59,233 bases of DNA. Source: an uncultured Candidatus Saccharibacteria bacterium (GTDB lineage Bacteria; Patescibacteriota; Minisyncoccia; Phycocordibacterales; UBA918). The stretch's first letter is position 1. Every line of letters starts with the position of its first letter. The stretch covers positions 31,471 to 90,703 of the forward strand of contig CAYGTP010000001.1 in assembly GCA_964352875.1 (NCBI GenBank). Direction: 5' to 3'. A model generated the notes under the pieces. The model saw only the letters and a program-made list of their open reading frames with translations, did no database searches and was not told the DNA's origin. Positions 34,947-44,538 of this stretch are shown one piece after another. The position numbers and the translations under genes were made by a program.

Positions 34947-34975
34947 AAACCGCCGGGCTACGCCCGGCGGTTTTT
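34947..34975 (+). terminator. intrinsic terminator
   Basis: aaaccgccggg pairs with cccggcggttt, followed by a T run. Confidence 0.85.
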
Positions 34976-35006
34976 GCAAGCCAGCAATGCTACACTAGAG
35001 TCATCT

Positions 35007-36299
35007 ATGCGACTAAAAATTCGCGCAACCTGGCTACAAAATTTGTTTGTTTTTGTTTGTCTCGCTGGTATCGGCTGGGCTCTGTTCCGATACCGGTTGG
35101 TAATCGAATCGATTGCTACACCGTCCCTGTTCTTTATCTTGGTGGGGATTTCTGCGTTACTCTTGGTTTTGTTGCTAGCGGCCCTTACCTTTGTCGAATC
35201 ACGAGCCGAAGCTTTGACCTCTACCCGGACGTCAGGCATTGTTGAAACACAGAAGTTTTTTATTGAGCTCTATCAAAACAGCCCGATTCCGTATTTAATC
35301 GTGACGTATAGCGGCCATATTTCCTATCCAAACACAGCGGCCCGTAAGTTGTTTGGTCTAGAAAAAAACGACTTGATGGATCGCAATGTGTTTGAAATGT
35401 TTCAGATGGCAGGTGAAGACGAACTCGATCGCTCAGTTATCTTTGCACGTTTTAATAACGGCGTCTTTGTGGATGATAAAGAAATCATCATCACGCGCCC
35501 GGATGGTTCAGAACGGCACGGGCTACTGTCCATTTTTTCGTATGGCGGCATTGGACAAAAAAAGAAAGGCTTGATGACGATTGTGGACGTTACCAAACAA
35601 AAGGAAATCGAAACTTCGCAATCCACCTTTATTTCGTTAGCGTCTCATCAACTAAGAACTCCAATTTCCGCTCTTCAGTGGAACCTCGAATTACTCGGCT
35701 CACCTGAAACCGGCACCTTAAACCAAGCCCAAGCCGCCTACCTCAAGAAACTGATCAATAATGTTAAAAAGGTAAAGAGTTTGATTCAAGATTTTCTTAA
35801 TATTTCCAAGCTCGAACTCAAGACTAGATCACTACAACTCAAAGAATTTTTAGTAGCAGATTTTTTTACAGACAGTGCAGAGCAATTTATTGGCGAAGCC
35901 GTTGACAAATCAATCAACTTAATCACTGACCCGATTGCACAAGACGCAACGTTTTCTACTGACTTGTTTTTGCTCCAAATGATTACCAGTAATCTGGTTT
36001 CAAATGCGATCAAGTATACGCCAGCTGGTGGGGAGGTTCGGGTTACTGTCACCGTGTCACCCCACACGCTCACCCTGCAGGTATCAGATACAGGCATGGG
36101 GATTCCGGCCGCCGAGGTAGAAAAAATTGGAACCAAATTCTTCCGAGCACATAATGCCAAAGACATGGTGGCCGACGGGAGCGGTCTCGGTGTCTATATA
36201 GTGCAGTTGGCAGTCAATCATTTGCAAGGTGATTTGGCAGTGGAGAGTCAAATCAATGCCGGGTCTGTGTTTACCGTTACCATTCCTCGATTGCTCTAA
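35007..36299 (+). CDS. sensor histidine kinase (transmembrane, PAS-like, HisKA and HATPase regions)
   Basis: The H-box SHQLRTPISAL and the G-boxes DTGMGI and GSGLG are present. I prefer the ATG at 35007 to the TTG inside the terminator. Confidence 0.85.
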   Translation: MRLKIRATWLQNLFVFVCLAGIGWALFRYRLVIESIATPSLFFILVGISALLLVLLLAALTFVESRAEALTSTRTSGIVETQKFFIELYQNSPIPYLIVTYSGHISYPNTAARKLFGLEKNDLMDRNVFEMFQMAGEDELDRSVIFARFNNGVFVDDKEIIITRPDGSERHGLLSIFSYGGIGQKKKGLMTIVDVTKQKEIETSQSTFISLASHQLRTPISALQWNLELLGSPETGTLNQAQAAYLKKLINNVKKVKSLIQDFLNISKLELKTRSLQLKEFLVADFFTDSAEQFIGEAVDKSINLITDPIAQDATFSTDLFLLQMITSNLVSNAIKYTPAGGEVRVTVTVSPHTLTLQVSDTGMGIPAAEVEKIGTKFFRAHNAKDMVADGSGLGVYIVQLAVNHLQGDLAVESQINAGSVFTVTIPRLL

Positions 36300-36348
36300 C
36301 GATTGCGATTGTTTACTATATATAGATAGCGTTAAATAAAACATCTCT

Positions 36349-36723
36349 ATGGATCAAAAACATATTTTAATAATCGAAGATGAGCCAGATTTACGTGAAG
36401 CCATGGTTTCGGCGTTAGAAGTAGCCGGTTACTCTGTTTCGGCGACTCGTGATGGGCAGCAAGGACTCGATACGGCGTTGACCAGTCAGCCAGACCTCAT
36501 ATTGCTTGATTTGATTTTGCCACACCTGGGAGGTCAAGCAATTCTCAAAAAGCTACAGGCAGATGACTGGGGCAAAAATGCCAACGTCATCGTCCTGACT
36601 GCGCTCGACGATATGAACAGTCTGTCAGATGCCATGAGTAGCGGTGCGGTTGATTTTTTAGTTAAGAGTGACGTGAGCTTGCTCGATATTGTTGAGAAAG
36701 TGAAGCAAAAGATTGGTACGTAA
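36349..36723 (+). CDS. stand-alone response regulator receiver protein
   Basis: ILIIEDEPDL...DLILLDLILP is a CheY-like sequence. Confidence 0.85.
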   Translation: MDQKHILIIEDEPDLREAMVSALEVAGYSVSATRDGQQGLDTALTSQPDLILLDLILPHLGGQAILKKLQADDWGKNANVIVLTALDDMNSLSDAMSSGAVDFLVKSDVSLLDIVEKVKQKIGT

Positions 36724-36754
36724 GTTCTGGTAGGTAAGCTGGTACACTACAGAC

Positions 36755-37252
36755 ATGGACTCTATTATTGCTTTTATACTGTTGATTAGTGCCTGGTTTA
36801 CCCCTACTGCCACCCCGTCTGCAGTTCCGGACATCTTCCAGCCGGGAGCGACTAGTACTGCGATGGTGGCGCGGGTGATTGATGGTGATACGATTGATGT
36901 GTTGCTCGCTGGCACCAAGTACCGGGTACGGTATATTGGCATAGACACCCCAGAACCGTATGCCGATGCTGTGCCTGAATGTTTTAGTATCGAAGCGAGC
37001 GCTCGCAATCGAGAGTTAGTCGAAGGCCGGTTGGTGACGTTGGTGGCTGACCAAGAAGACCGTGATAAATATGATCGGTTGTTGCGGTACGTGTACGTTG
37101 ACGATATTTTTGTGAATGATGTGTTGGTGCGTGAGGGTTTTGCCACCACGCTGCCGATTCGACCAAACATCACCTATGCCACGGAGTTTCGAGTGCGTGA
37201 ACTCGAAGCCCTCCAAGCCAAGCGGGGACTGTGGTCAGCTTGTCCACAGTAG
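36755..37252 (+). CDS. thermonuclease (SNase-like) family protein
   Basis: VIDGDTIDV...VRYIGIDTPE...DRYDRLLRYV are present. Confidence 0.85.
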   Translation: MDSIIAFILLISAWFTPTATPSAVPDIFQPGATSTAMVARVIDGDTIDVLLAGTKYRVRYIGIDTPEPYADAVPECFSIEASARNRELVEGRLVTLVADQEDRDKYDRLLRYVYVDDIFVNDVLVREGFATTLPIRPNITYATEFRVRELEALQAKRGLWSACPQ

Positions 37253-37293
37253 CGGCGTATATATTTAAATATATATTTAAATATATACGCCGC
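37252..37293. terminator. AT-rich palindromic hairpin closed by GC clamps
   Basis: The sequence gcggcgtatatatttaaatatatatttaaatatatacgccgc folds on itself. Confidence 0.65.
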
Positions 37294-37312
37294 ACTGTGC
37301 TATCTTATTTAT

Positions 37313-37489
37313 ATGGCCAGACGAACATTAGCTCTAAAACATATCCGAGCCCTCACTCGACTTGGTACAACGAGTACCGCAGTAACCATTCCGATTGACA
37401 TTATGCGGAACCTCAAATGGCGCAAAGGTCAAAAAGTCACCGTGCGGCAATCGGGGAACAAGTTAATTATCGAAGATTGGAAAGGGTAG
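37313..37489 (+). CDS. AbrB/MazE/SpoVT-type small DNA-binding protein (58 aa, below the ORF-track cutoff)
   Basis: MARRTLALKHIRALTRLGTTSTAVTIPIDIMRNLKWRKGQKVTVRQSGNKLIIEDWKG is a looped-hinge-helix-like sequence. Confidence 0.55.
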   Translation: MARRTLALKHIRALTRLGTTSTAVTIPIDIMRNLKWRKGQKVTVRQSGNKLIIEDWKG

Positions 37490-37837
37490 TATCACGCTGA
37501 TACTTACCAGAGGACTTGCGTAGATATATATACGTGTTCTATTTTTTTAATACCCAGATTTTCCCCAGCCGACAGGCTGGTTATACACCAGCTATTCCAC
37601 GTTTTGTACAGTAGTAATGCACAGGTTGTGCACACCGGGCGGATTTTAGGCTTATGTGGCAACAATAATTTTTTGCAAATCATCGGATATACAATCTGCA
37701 CTGGCATCTTTGACCATCGTCAAGGAAGCCAGTATTTTCATAGTATCGGACCCAATGAGCGAACTGGAAAGACTCATGACAGGGGTGCGTAGGGTGGAGA
37801 GCATATTTAGTAACGTAATAGGTAACAAATTATTTAT

Positions 37838-39763
37838 ATGAATGCAGGAAAGATACTGTCGAGCGCAGCGATCATTGGGGTCGTTGGCGCTTTAGTAATC
37901 GGAGGAACGCAAGCGTTCTTCTCGGACGAAGAAGCGTCGACCGGTAACGTGTTTGCGGCCGGAGCGATTGATTTACGAATTGACAACCACGCCTGGTACA
38001 ACGGGCTAGAATGTACGGATGAAGGACGTGATGAGGGTGATTATGTATGGCAAGATCCGGGCGGTAATGCCGGGAACGACCCATACTTACAGAGCCTCGT
38101 CGGGACACCATGTCAGTCAACCTGGGACCTCAAAGACTTGGATTCAGGAGATCTATTCTTTAACCTCCAAGACCTCAAGCCGGGTGATTGGGAAGAAGAC
38201 ACCATTTCAATCCATGTCGACAACAACGACGCGTGGGTGTGTGCCAACCTTAAAGTCACAAGCGATGATGATATGTCATCAACTGAACCAGAGCTCGAAG
38301 ATAATGATACCGAGGAAGACCCACAAGACACTTGGGACGGTGAACTCGGCCAAGAGCTGAACTTTATCTTCTGGGCGGACGATGGTGACAATGTCTACGA
38401 ATCTGACGAAACCATCGTCCTTGAAGGTACGCCAAGCGACCTAGACGGCTACGGCTCAGACGACGACAACAACGGCGAAACCTTCCCGTTGGCTGACGCG
38501 AGCTTTAACGTGTGGGCTGATGGTGCACAAGATACTCCGTTGCCAGCAGGAAACGACGCGGTGTATATCGGTAAGGCATTCTGCTTTGGAGAATTTACGC
38601 TCGATCCAGTTGCTCAAGGTGATAATTCTCCTGCAAATAACCCAGGCTTTAGTTGTAACGGTGCACCAGTCACTAACCAAGCCCAAACTGACAAACTAAT
38701 GGGTGACCTCCGTTTCTACGCGGTGCAGTCTCGCAACAACGCAGACTTCCAATGCACAAGCGATGTATTTGGTGACACAGATGTAGTTGATACTCGAGAA
38801 GCAGTTGGTGCAGTCTTGAGCGCGTACGTCGCCCCAACTAACTGTACTGTTGAGGTTGACGATGACGGAAATGCTAATTTCACAAGCATCCAAACTGCTA
38901 TCGATGCTGCAGTGGATGGTGATGTAATTTGTGTAGACGAAGGTACATACAACGAATTTACAGTTGATAAACCACTTACTATTGCTGGATTGGTTAATCC
39001 TACTAACAGTGCGACTGTAGTGCCGTCTGGGACAGGAGTAGAACAACTCGCTCTAGTAACTGCGAGCGACGTTACCATTACCGGTTTGCACTTTAATGGT
39101 GATGGAGTTGCGCTTGATGGCAATCAAGCAGCCGGAGTACAAATCTCACCAGTTGGTGCTAGTCTGGATAACGTAAATGTTGTCTATAACTTGATTGAAA
39201 ACTTGAATGTAGATGGAGGTAATACCACAGCTTCTAACAAAGGAATTCAGTGGTTCACTGAAACTGACAGTGGATTTAGTTTGACTAACTCATCATTCAC
39301 TAACAACGTAATCAATAATATAACTTCAAACTCAAAAGGAAGTTATGGAGTACAAACTGTTGGTGACATGGATAGTGTTGTGATCGCTTACAATACAATT
39401 AGTAATATTGATGGTGCTTGGGAAGCAGGTATTGGAATTGATAGCAAAGACACCACACCATCTAGTTTAACTGGGGTATCAATTAATCATAATCAAATTG
39501 AAACAGGCATTGCTACATTCTCTATTCAAGTAGAGAAAGGTGTTGCTGGAAGTGGTTTAGTTATCAACCAAAACAATCTTGATACTTTGCTTTACGGGGG
39601 AAGTTCAGGAATTCCATCAGCCGATATTCTTGATGCTGAAAATAACTGGTGGGGAACTGCAACTCCAGGCGCAGGAGCAGCTGGACCTGATGTATTCTTG
39701 GCACCTGATACGAACGTAGTTGACTTTGACCCAGCTGAAGCTTCAGCTTTCCCAGTTAACTAA
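37838..39763 (+). CDS. secreted protein with a SipW-type (TasA/camelysin-class) signal and a C-terminal beta-helix-like repeat region
   Basis: The N-terminus reads GALVIGGTQAFFSDEEASTGNVFAAGAIDLRIDN. The C-terminal half carries Asn-rich, right-handed-helix-like repeats. Confidence 0.8.
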   Translation: MNAGKILSSAAIIGVVGALVIGGTQAFFSDEEASTGNVFAAGAIDLRIDNHAWYNGLECTDEGRDEGDYVWQDPGGNAGNDPYLQSLVGTPCQSTWDLKDLDSGDLFFNLQDLKPGDWEEDTISIHVDNNDAWVCANLKVTSDDDMSSTEPELEDNDTEEDPQDTWDGELGQELNFIFWADDGDNVYESDETIVLEGTPSDLDGYGSDDDNNGETFPLADASFNVWADGAQDTPLPAGNDAVYIGKAFCFGEFTLDPVAQGDNSPANNPGFSCNGAPVTNQAQTDKLMGDLRFYAVQSRNNADFQCTSDVFGDTDVVDTREAVGAVLSAYVAPTNCTVEVDDDGNANFTSIQTAIDAAVDGDVICVDEGTYNEFTVDKPLTIAGLVNPTNSATVVPSGTGVEQLALVTASDVTITGLHFNGDGVALDGNQAAGVQISPVGASLDNVNVVYNLIENLNVDGGNTTASNKGIQWFTETDSGFSLTNSSFTNNVINNITSNSKGSYGVQTVGDMDSVVIAYNTISNIDGAWEAGIGIDSKDTTPSSLTGVSINHNQIETGIATFSIQVEKGVAGSGLVINQNNLDTLLYGGSSGIPSADILDAENNWWGTATPGAGAAGPDVFLAPDTNVVDFDPAEASAFPVN

Positions 39764-39795
39764 AGACCCCCAGTTTATTAGCCTAAGTGTAATCT

Positions 39796-41157
39796 ATGAT
39801 GAGAATTCTCCTCAGTCTGGGTGCTATCGTGGTGACGATTGCGATAGTGAGCGGTGGGACGGTGGCCTTTCTCTCGGATACCGAATCATCGACGGCCAAC
39901 GTGTTTGCAGCCGGTGCTATCGACCTCAAAATCGATAACGAAAGCTACTACAATGGCGCCCTCAATGACGGAACCAGCTGGCAACTGGCAGATCTCTCCG
40001 ACGGGAACGGGCCATCCACAGACGGACAATACTTGTTCTTTGACTTCCGTGACGTTAAACCAGACGACGAAGGAGAAGACACCATCTCCATCCATGTCGA
40101 TGATAACGACGCGTGGGCGTGTTTGGACATCAGTGTTACTTCAGCTGACGACAACGGCTGCAACGAACCAGAAGCCCTAGACGGGGACTTGAGTTGTGGC
40201 AATCCGGGGCTCGATGAAGGTGAACTCCAAAACGAAATTGCCTTTGTCTGGTGGCCAGACGATGGTGACAATGTCCTCGAAGCAGATGAAGCGACCAACG
40301 TATTCTTTGAATCGTCACTGGCTGATATGAATCTCAGTGTGGTACTGGCTGACGCTACCGGAGACGGTATCTTGAGTGCTGGACCACTGTTGGGGAGTGA
40401 GACGTACTACGTTGGAAAAGCTTGGTGCTTTGGCACTATGACCCTTGATCCAATGGCACAAGACGGGCAAGGAAAAACCGGGAGCAACGGTCCGCTCGAC
40501 CGTGGTACCGGCATCACGTGCGATGGTACGGGGTTGGACAATACCACCCAGACCGACAGTGTCACGGGAGACATTACCTTCCGCGCGGTGCAGTCTCGAC
40601 ATAACGAAGCCTACACCTGCAACGCGGTTGATGTGCCGTGCGAAATTGTGGAAACGTACGCTGACGAAATTGTTAGTGTCGAACAAGGCCTACGCAAAGA
40701 TACGTCCGCAGTGGCGCCGGATCGGAGCGTCCCAAGCTATGCGCTTGGTGTACCACAGTCACTCGGAACACCATACGATAATCCAGTGGCGCCGAATTCT
40801 TTCTTCGCCCTCGGATTCCCGCTAGAAGGCCGGGCTGCTGAAATTGTCTTATCGTTTAACGACAATGCAGTGGTGAACGGACCAGGGAACGATCTAAAAC
40901 TCTGGGAAGTAACTGGTGGTAGCAACTACCCAGACGAACAAGTTGATGTGTACGTTGGTGATACGCCAACTGGCCCGTGGACACAAGTTGGGTTTGGGGT
41001 GACGCGTGACGCGGAACTCGAACTCGGTCTTGTCGACGAAGCCCGCTACGTACGCATCGTTGATGCGAGCAATCTCGGACTGTTTGAGGCGACGGCTGAT
41101 GGGTATGACCTTGATGCGGTACAAGCCTTGAATTGTGTCGTACGCGAAGCATTCTAG
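39796..41157 (+). CDS. secreted protein with a SipW-type signal, paralogous N-domain to 37838-39763
   Basis: The N-terminus reads VSGGTVAFLSDTESSTANVFAAGAIDLKIDN. It shares EDTISIHVD(N/D)NDAW and GKA(F/W)CFG with the upstream gene. Confidence 0.8.
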   Translation: MMRILLSLGAIVVTIAIVSGGTVAFLSDTESSTANVFAAGAIDLKIDNESYYNGALNDGTSWQLADLSDGNGPSTDGQYLFFDFRDVKPDDEGEDTISIHVDDNDAWACLDISVTSADDNGCNEPEALDGDLSCGNPGLDEGELQNEIAFVWWPDDGDNVLEADEATNVFFESSLADMNLSVVLADATGDGILSAGPLLGSETYYVGKAWCFGTMTLDPMAQDGQGKTGSNGPLDRGTGITCDGTGLDNTTQTDSVTGDITFRAVQSRHNEAYTCNAVDVPCEIVETYADEIVSVEQGLRKDTSAVAPDRSVPSYALGVPQSLGTPYDNPVAPNSFFALGFPLEGRAAEIVLSFNDNAVVNGPGNDLKLWEVTGGSNYPDEQVDVYVGDTPTGPWTQVGFGVTRDAELELGLVDEARYVRIVDASNLGLFEATADGYDLDAVQALNCVVREAF

Positions 41158-41183
41158 TCACCGCTGGTGACGGAAGTTGGTCG

Positions 41184-41215
41184 GTGCGCATAATTCATAC
41201 CTGAATTATGCGCAC
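41184..41215 (+). promoter_or_regulatory. 14-bp perfect hairpin between the second TasA-like gene and sipW
   Basis: gtgcgcataattca pairs with tgaattatgcgcac. There is no U tail. It could be an attenuator or a processing site. Confidence 0.35.
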
Positions 41216-41239
41216 AATCCAGCCTCGATTGCTGTCTTT

Positions 41240-41911
41240 ATGAAATTAGTTCTTACATCTATCTACGTCATATTGGTGCTGTTTGTGGTAGCAGTGGCCA
41301 TATTGTTTGTTGGGAACCGAGTGGGAGTGTTTGGTTACCAAATCAAGATTGTGCAGTCTGGTTCGATGGAACCAGCCATTGCTACTGGCGGCATGATTAT
41401 TATTGCGCCGGCTGCGTCGTATGGGGTAGGAGACGTCATCACCTTTGGCGAAGATACCGCCACCAAGATTCCAACCACCCACCGCATTACCGCCATCGAA
41501 ACATCTCCCCTTGGTCGGTCGCTTTACACCACCAAAGGTGACGCCAACGAAGAAGCCGACCCGATCGCGGTCCGAGATTCTGACATTATCGGCAAGGTAT
41601 TTGTGGCCGTTCCATACGTTGGTTACCTCTTGGAATTTGCTCGGACTCCCTTGGGCTACGGTCTGTTGGTAGGGATTCCGGCGGCGTTTATTATCTTGGA
41701 TGAATTCGCCAATATAATGTGGGAGTTCCATAAGTACCGCGCGCGTCGGCGTCAGTCGGCCGGTAAGAGGGAACCAAAAGCATCGCGTCAGCCGCTACCG
41801 GGATTACATCCAACCACGGTTAGCCAGCGGGCAGCCGCGCCAGTGCGTCGACCAGTTGACTATGTGCTCGATTTACGGGGCATTTCTAAGCTACCGCCTT
41901 CGTTCTATTAG
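41240..41911 (+). CDS. sipW: signal peptidase I, SipW (archaeal/ER) type
   Basis: VQSGSMEPAI, GDVITF, THRI and TKGDANEEADP are present. I chose the start at MKLVLTSIYV. Confidence 0.85.
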   Translation: MKLVLTSIYVILVLFVVAVAILFVGNRVGVFGYQIKIVQSGSMEPAIATGGMIIIAPAASYGVGDVITFGEDTATKIPTTHRITAIETSPLGRSLYTTKGDANEEADPIAVRDSDIIGKVFVAVPYVGYLLEFARTPLGYGLLVGIPAAFIILDEFANIMWEFHKYRARRRQSAGKREPKASRQPLPGLHPTTVSQRAAAPVRRPVDYVLDLRGISKLPPSFY

Positions 41912-41912
41912 T

Positions 41913-43205
41913 ATGAAAATTCTTTGGCTCTACTATGTCGCAATACTCTTTGTCATCACTGGCAGTCAAGGGATTTACACTGGTTCATTTTTTCATGACT
42001 TTGAAGAACAAGAAGGGAACATGATCGGAGCTACTGAGTTAGATATTAGTTTGAGCGGAGAACCACTCGATGGGTTGTTGTGCGCTACTTCGGAAGTGCG
42101 TGATACGACCATCACGCTGAGGAATCTGTCGCCTAATGAAGTGCAATATAGTCTCGACACTATGACAGCGACCGGAACATTGTGTGCAGATCTAGATCTC
42201 ACGGTCACCAGTGCGGCCACAGAACTATACGCCGGCCCACTCTCTGGGCTGATGATTACAGACGTGCCGCTTCCAGCTGCGACCAGTACCGAACTCTCGT
42301 TCGCAGTTGGATTGTCTCCTAGCGCGTCTAATGTTGGTTCGTGCGCTTTTGTTTTTGAGGCCATCAGTTCGTTCACAACTGGTGGTTTCATCGATCGTGA
42401 AATTGCTACTGGCACTATCTCGGGATCAGCCGCCGGGAGTGGTGGTGGGTGCCAACCACAAGATCCGACCGTCAATCTCTATCTCAACAAACATATTAGT
42501 GGTGCTGATCAAGGTTTTGCTCTCTCTGACTTTTCTTATCGGATTACGGGTGATGCTGTCGATCTGGCAGTGCCCCACGATAGCTTTACACCGTTGCCGG
42601 AGGGAACCTACAGTATTGAGGAGTTGGTTCCAGTCGGATTTGAAAAAACTGATTGGCGGATTGGCTGGTATGGTCAGTGTGAGGCGAGTGATAATTTCTC
42701 TACCACCATCACGATTGATGCTGGTAACATCGACCACGGAGTATTGTATTGCGAAGCCGACAATCAGTACCGACCTGGGCATGGTGACCACGAAATTAGG
42801 GAAGCTAACACCAATGAGACAGCAGTGCGGGAGCCAGAAATTGCCGACACCGGAGATTCGGAAGGCCGCCGAGGATCAGCGCGCCCAGAGTCAGGCGGTT
42901 CAAATCGATCACGCGGGTCAGACACAACCGTGGCCGAGCCAGTGTTTACCACGGTGTCAGCGACTTCATCAGGGTTATTTACCGCTTCCATTCCAGACAA
43001 TTCTGACGATGATAACGAGGAGCATACCTTCGAGCCAGCGGTTGAGCGTGCTGATGAAGCTATCGATACGGACAATTTAGTTACTGATACAGTAGAGACA
43101 ATTGAAGCAGACGCTTTGCTTGAACCTGACGTCGAGGAAACCACTCCGGCCGTAGTAGAGGTGGTTGTATCCGACGAGGCTGAAGAGTCAGTTATAAGTG
43201 AGTGA
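41913..43205 (+). CDS. secreted protein with a TasA-class signal and a Cna-B/SpaA-like domain, acidic C-terminus
   Basis: The N-terminus reads GSQGIYTGSFFHDFEEQEGNMIGATELDISL. Mid-protein EGTYSIEELVPVGFEK is present. Confidence 0.75.
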   Translation: MKILWLYYVAILFVITGSQGIYTGSFFHDFEEQEGNMIGATELDISLSGEPLDGLLCATSEVRDTTITLRNLSPNEVQYSLDTMTATGTLCADLDLTVTSAATELYAGPLSGLMITDVPLPAATSTELSFAVGLSPSASNVGSCAFVFEAISSFTTGGFIDREIATGTISGSAAGSGGGCQPQDPTVNLYLNKHISGADQGFALSDFSYRITGDAVDLAVPHDSFTPLPEGTYSIEELVPVGFEKTDWRIGWYGQCEASDNFSTTITIDAGNIDHGVLYCEADNQYRPGHGDHEIREANTNETAVREPEIADTGDSEGRRGSARPESGGSNRSRGSDTTVAEPVFTTVSATSSGLFTASIPDNSDDDNEEHTFEPAVERADEAIDTDNLVTDTVETIEADALLEPDVEETTPAVVEVVVSDEAEESVISE

Positions 43206-43329
43206 TGAGACCGTGGTATGTGGACTGTGTGCCAGTATTGATGTTGATAATATAAGTTCGGTTTTTGTAATTATTATGTTCTCTCACGTATTTGCGCCAA
43301 GTTCTCACTCTCCGGTATACTAGGCAGAT

Positions 43330-44529
43330 ATGAAAACAGTGAAAGCCTTAACCTTCGATAGTCAGCTTGATGGTTGGGAAGCGAGTCGAGGATTTGTGCA
43401 ACGTGAAGTGCCAATGCCTCAGTTAGATGAAACCGAGAATCCCGAAGACGCGATGTCAGTAATTATAAAAATGCAGTACGCTGGAGTGTGTGGTTCTGAC
43501 CGGGGGCTGTGGTGTCGACAGGCGTTTAAAGATTTGGTGCACGAATCATTGGAGCGCGAAGGAAAAACTCAACGGATTATGGGACACGAGTTTGTCGGCG
43601 AGATTGTCGCGGTTGGATCAATGGTCGACCGGCTCTATAACGATCCTGATCCCAACAACCCAGCCAAAGTCGCGGTCGGCAGTGTAGTGTCTGGCGACTC
43701 ACACGTTACCTGTGGCCGATGTTTCCAGTGTCGGATTGGGCAGCAGCACGTGTGCATGAACGACACGATTCTCGGCATTTCGATTGACGGTATTTTTGCT
43801 GAATACGTAAAGATCCCAGCCAAAAATATTTGGCCCATCGACCTCACTCGGATTCGTCCAGAGATTGCTTCGATTATGGATCCGTTTGGAAACGCGGTAC
43901 ACACGGCAGCACGAGTTGATTTTCGTGGCCAGCGAGTCGCTGTCTTTGGTGCCGGTGCGATTGGAATGTTTACGATTCTCTTAGCTCGTAACTTCGGCGC
44001 CGCCAAAGTTATTGCGGTCGATACCAACGCTGACAACCTTGCCATGGCCAAAGCACTCGGTGCCCACGAAACAATTCAAATCAAACCAGGCGAACGCGCC
44101 AATAATTATGACTCTGACCCGGCCGTGATTGATCGGATTATGGAGTTGACTTATGGCAAAGGAGTTGATGTGTCGCTTGAGATGGCGGGACCATTTTCTT
44201 CAGTTAATAATGCCATTGATGCGACTCGCCGTGGAGGAGAGGTAGTGTTCTTTGGGATCAAAGACGGCGACCTCACGATCCCAAAATTCAACCGCACAAT
44301 CGTGCGGGGGCTTACCATGCATTGTGTGATTGGTCGGGAAATTTTCAAAACCTGGCAAACATCCCAACGCGTTCTCTCCAACAAAGATAACGGTATTCAA
44401 GACGCTATTTGGAATACAATTTTGAAAGGTGGCAAAGATACCATCATTCCGTTTTCGACGTTTACACCGGAATCATTTGAAGCGTCGATGTCAGCGCATC
44501 CAAAGATCGTGTTTAACATGCAAGCCTAA
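43330..44529 (+). CDS. tdh: L-threonine 3-dehydrogenase-like zinc alcohol dehydrogenase
   Basis: GVCGSD, GHEFVGEIV and a GAGAIG Rossmann motif are present, and the gene is adjacent to kbl. Confidence 0.85.
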   Translation: MKTVKALTFDSQLDGWEASRGFVQREVPMPQLDETENPEDAMSVIIKMQYAGVCGSDRGLWCRQAFKDLVHESLEREGKTQRIMGHEFVGEIVAVGSMVDRLYNDPDPNNPAKVAVGSVVSGDSHVTCGRCFQCRIGQQHVCMNDTILGISIDGIFAEYVKIPAKNIWPIDLTRIRPEIASIMDPFGNAVHTAARVDFRGQRVAVFGAGAIGMFTILLARNFGAAKVIAVDTNADNLAMAKALGAHETIQIKPGERANNYDSDPAVIDRIMELTYGKGVDVSLEMAGPFSSVNNAIDATRRGGEVVFFGIKDGDLTIPKFNRTIVRGLTMHCVIGREIFKTWQTSQRVLSNKDNGIQDAIWNTILKGGKDTIIPFSTFTPESFEASMSAHPKIVFNMQA

Positions 44530-44538
44530 ATTTCTACT

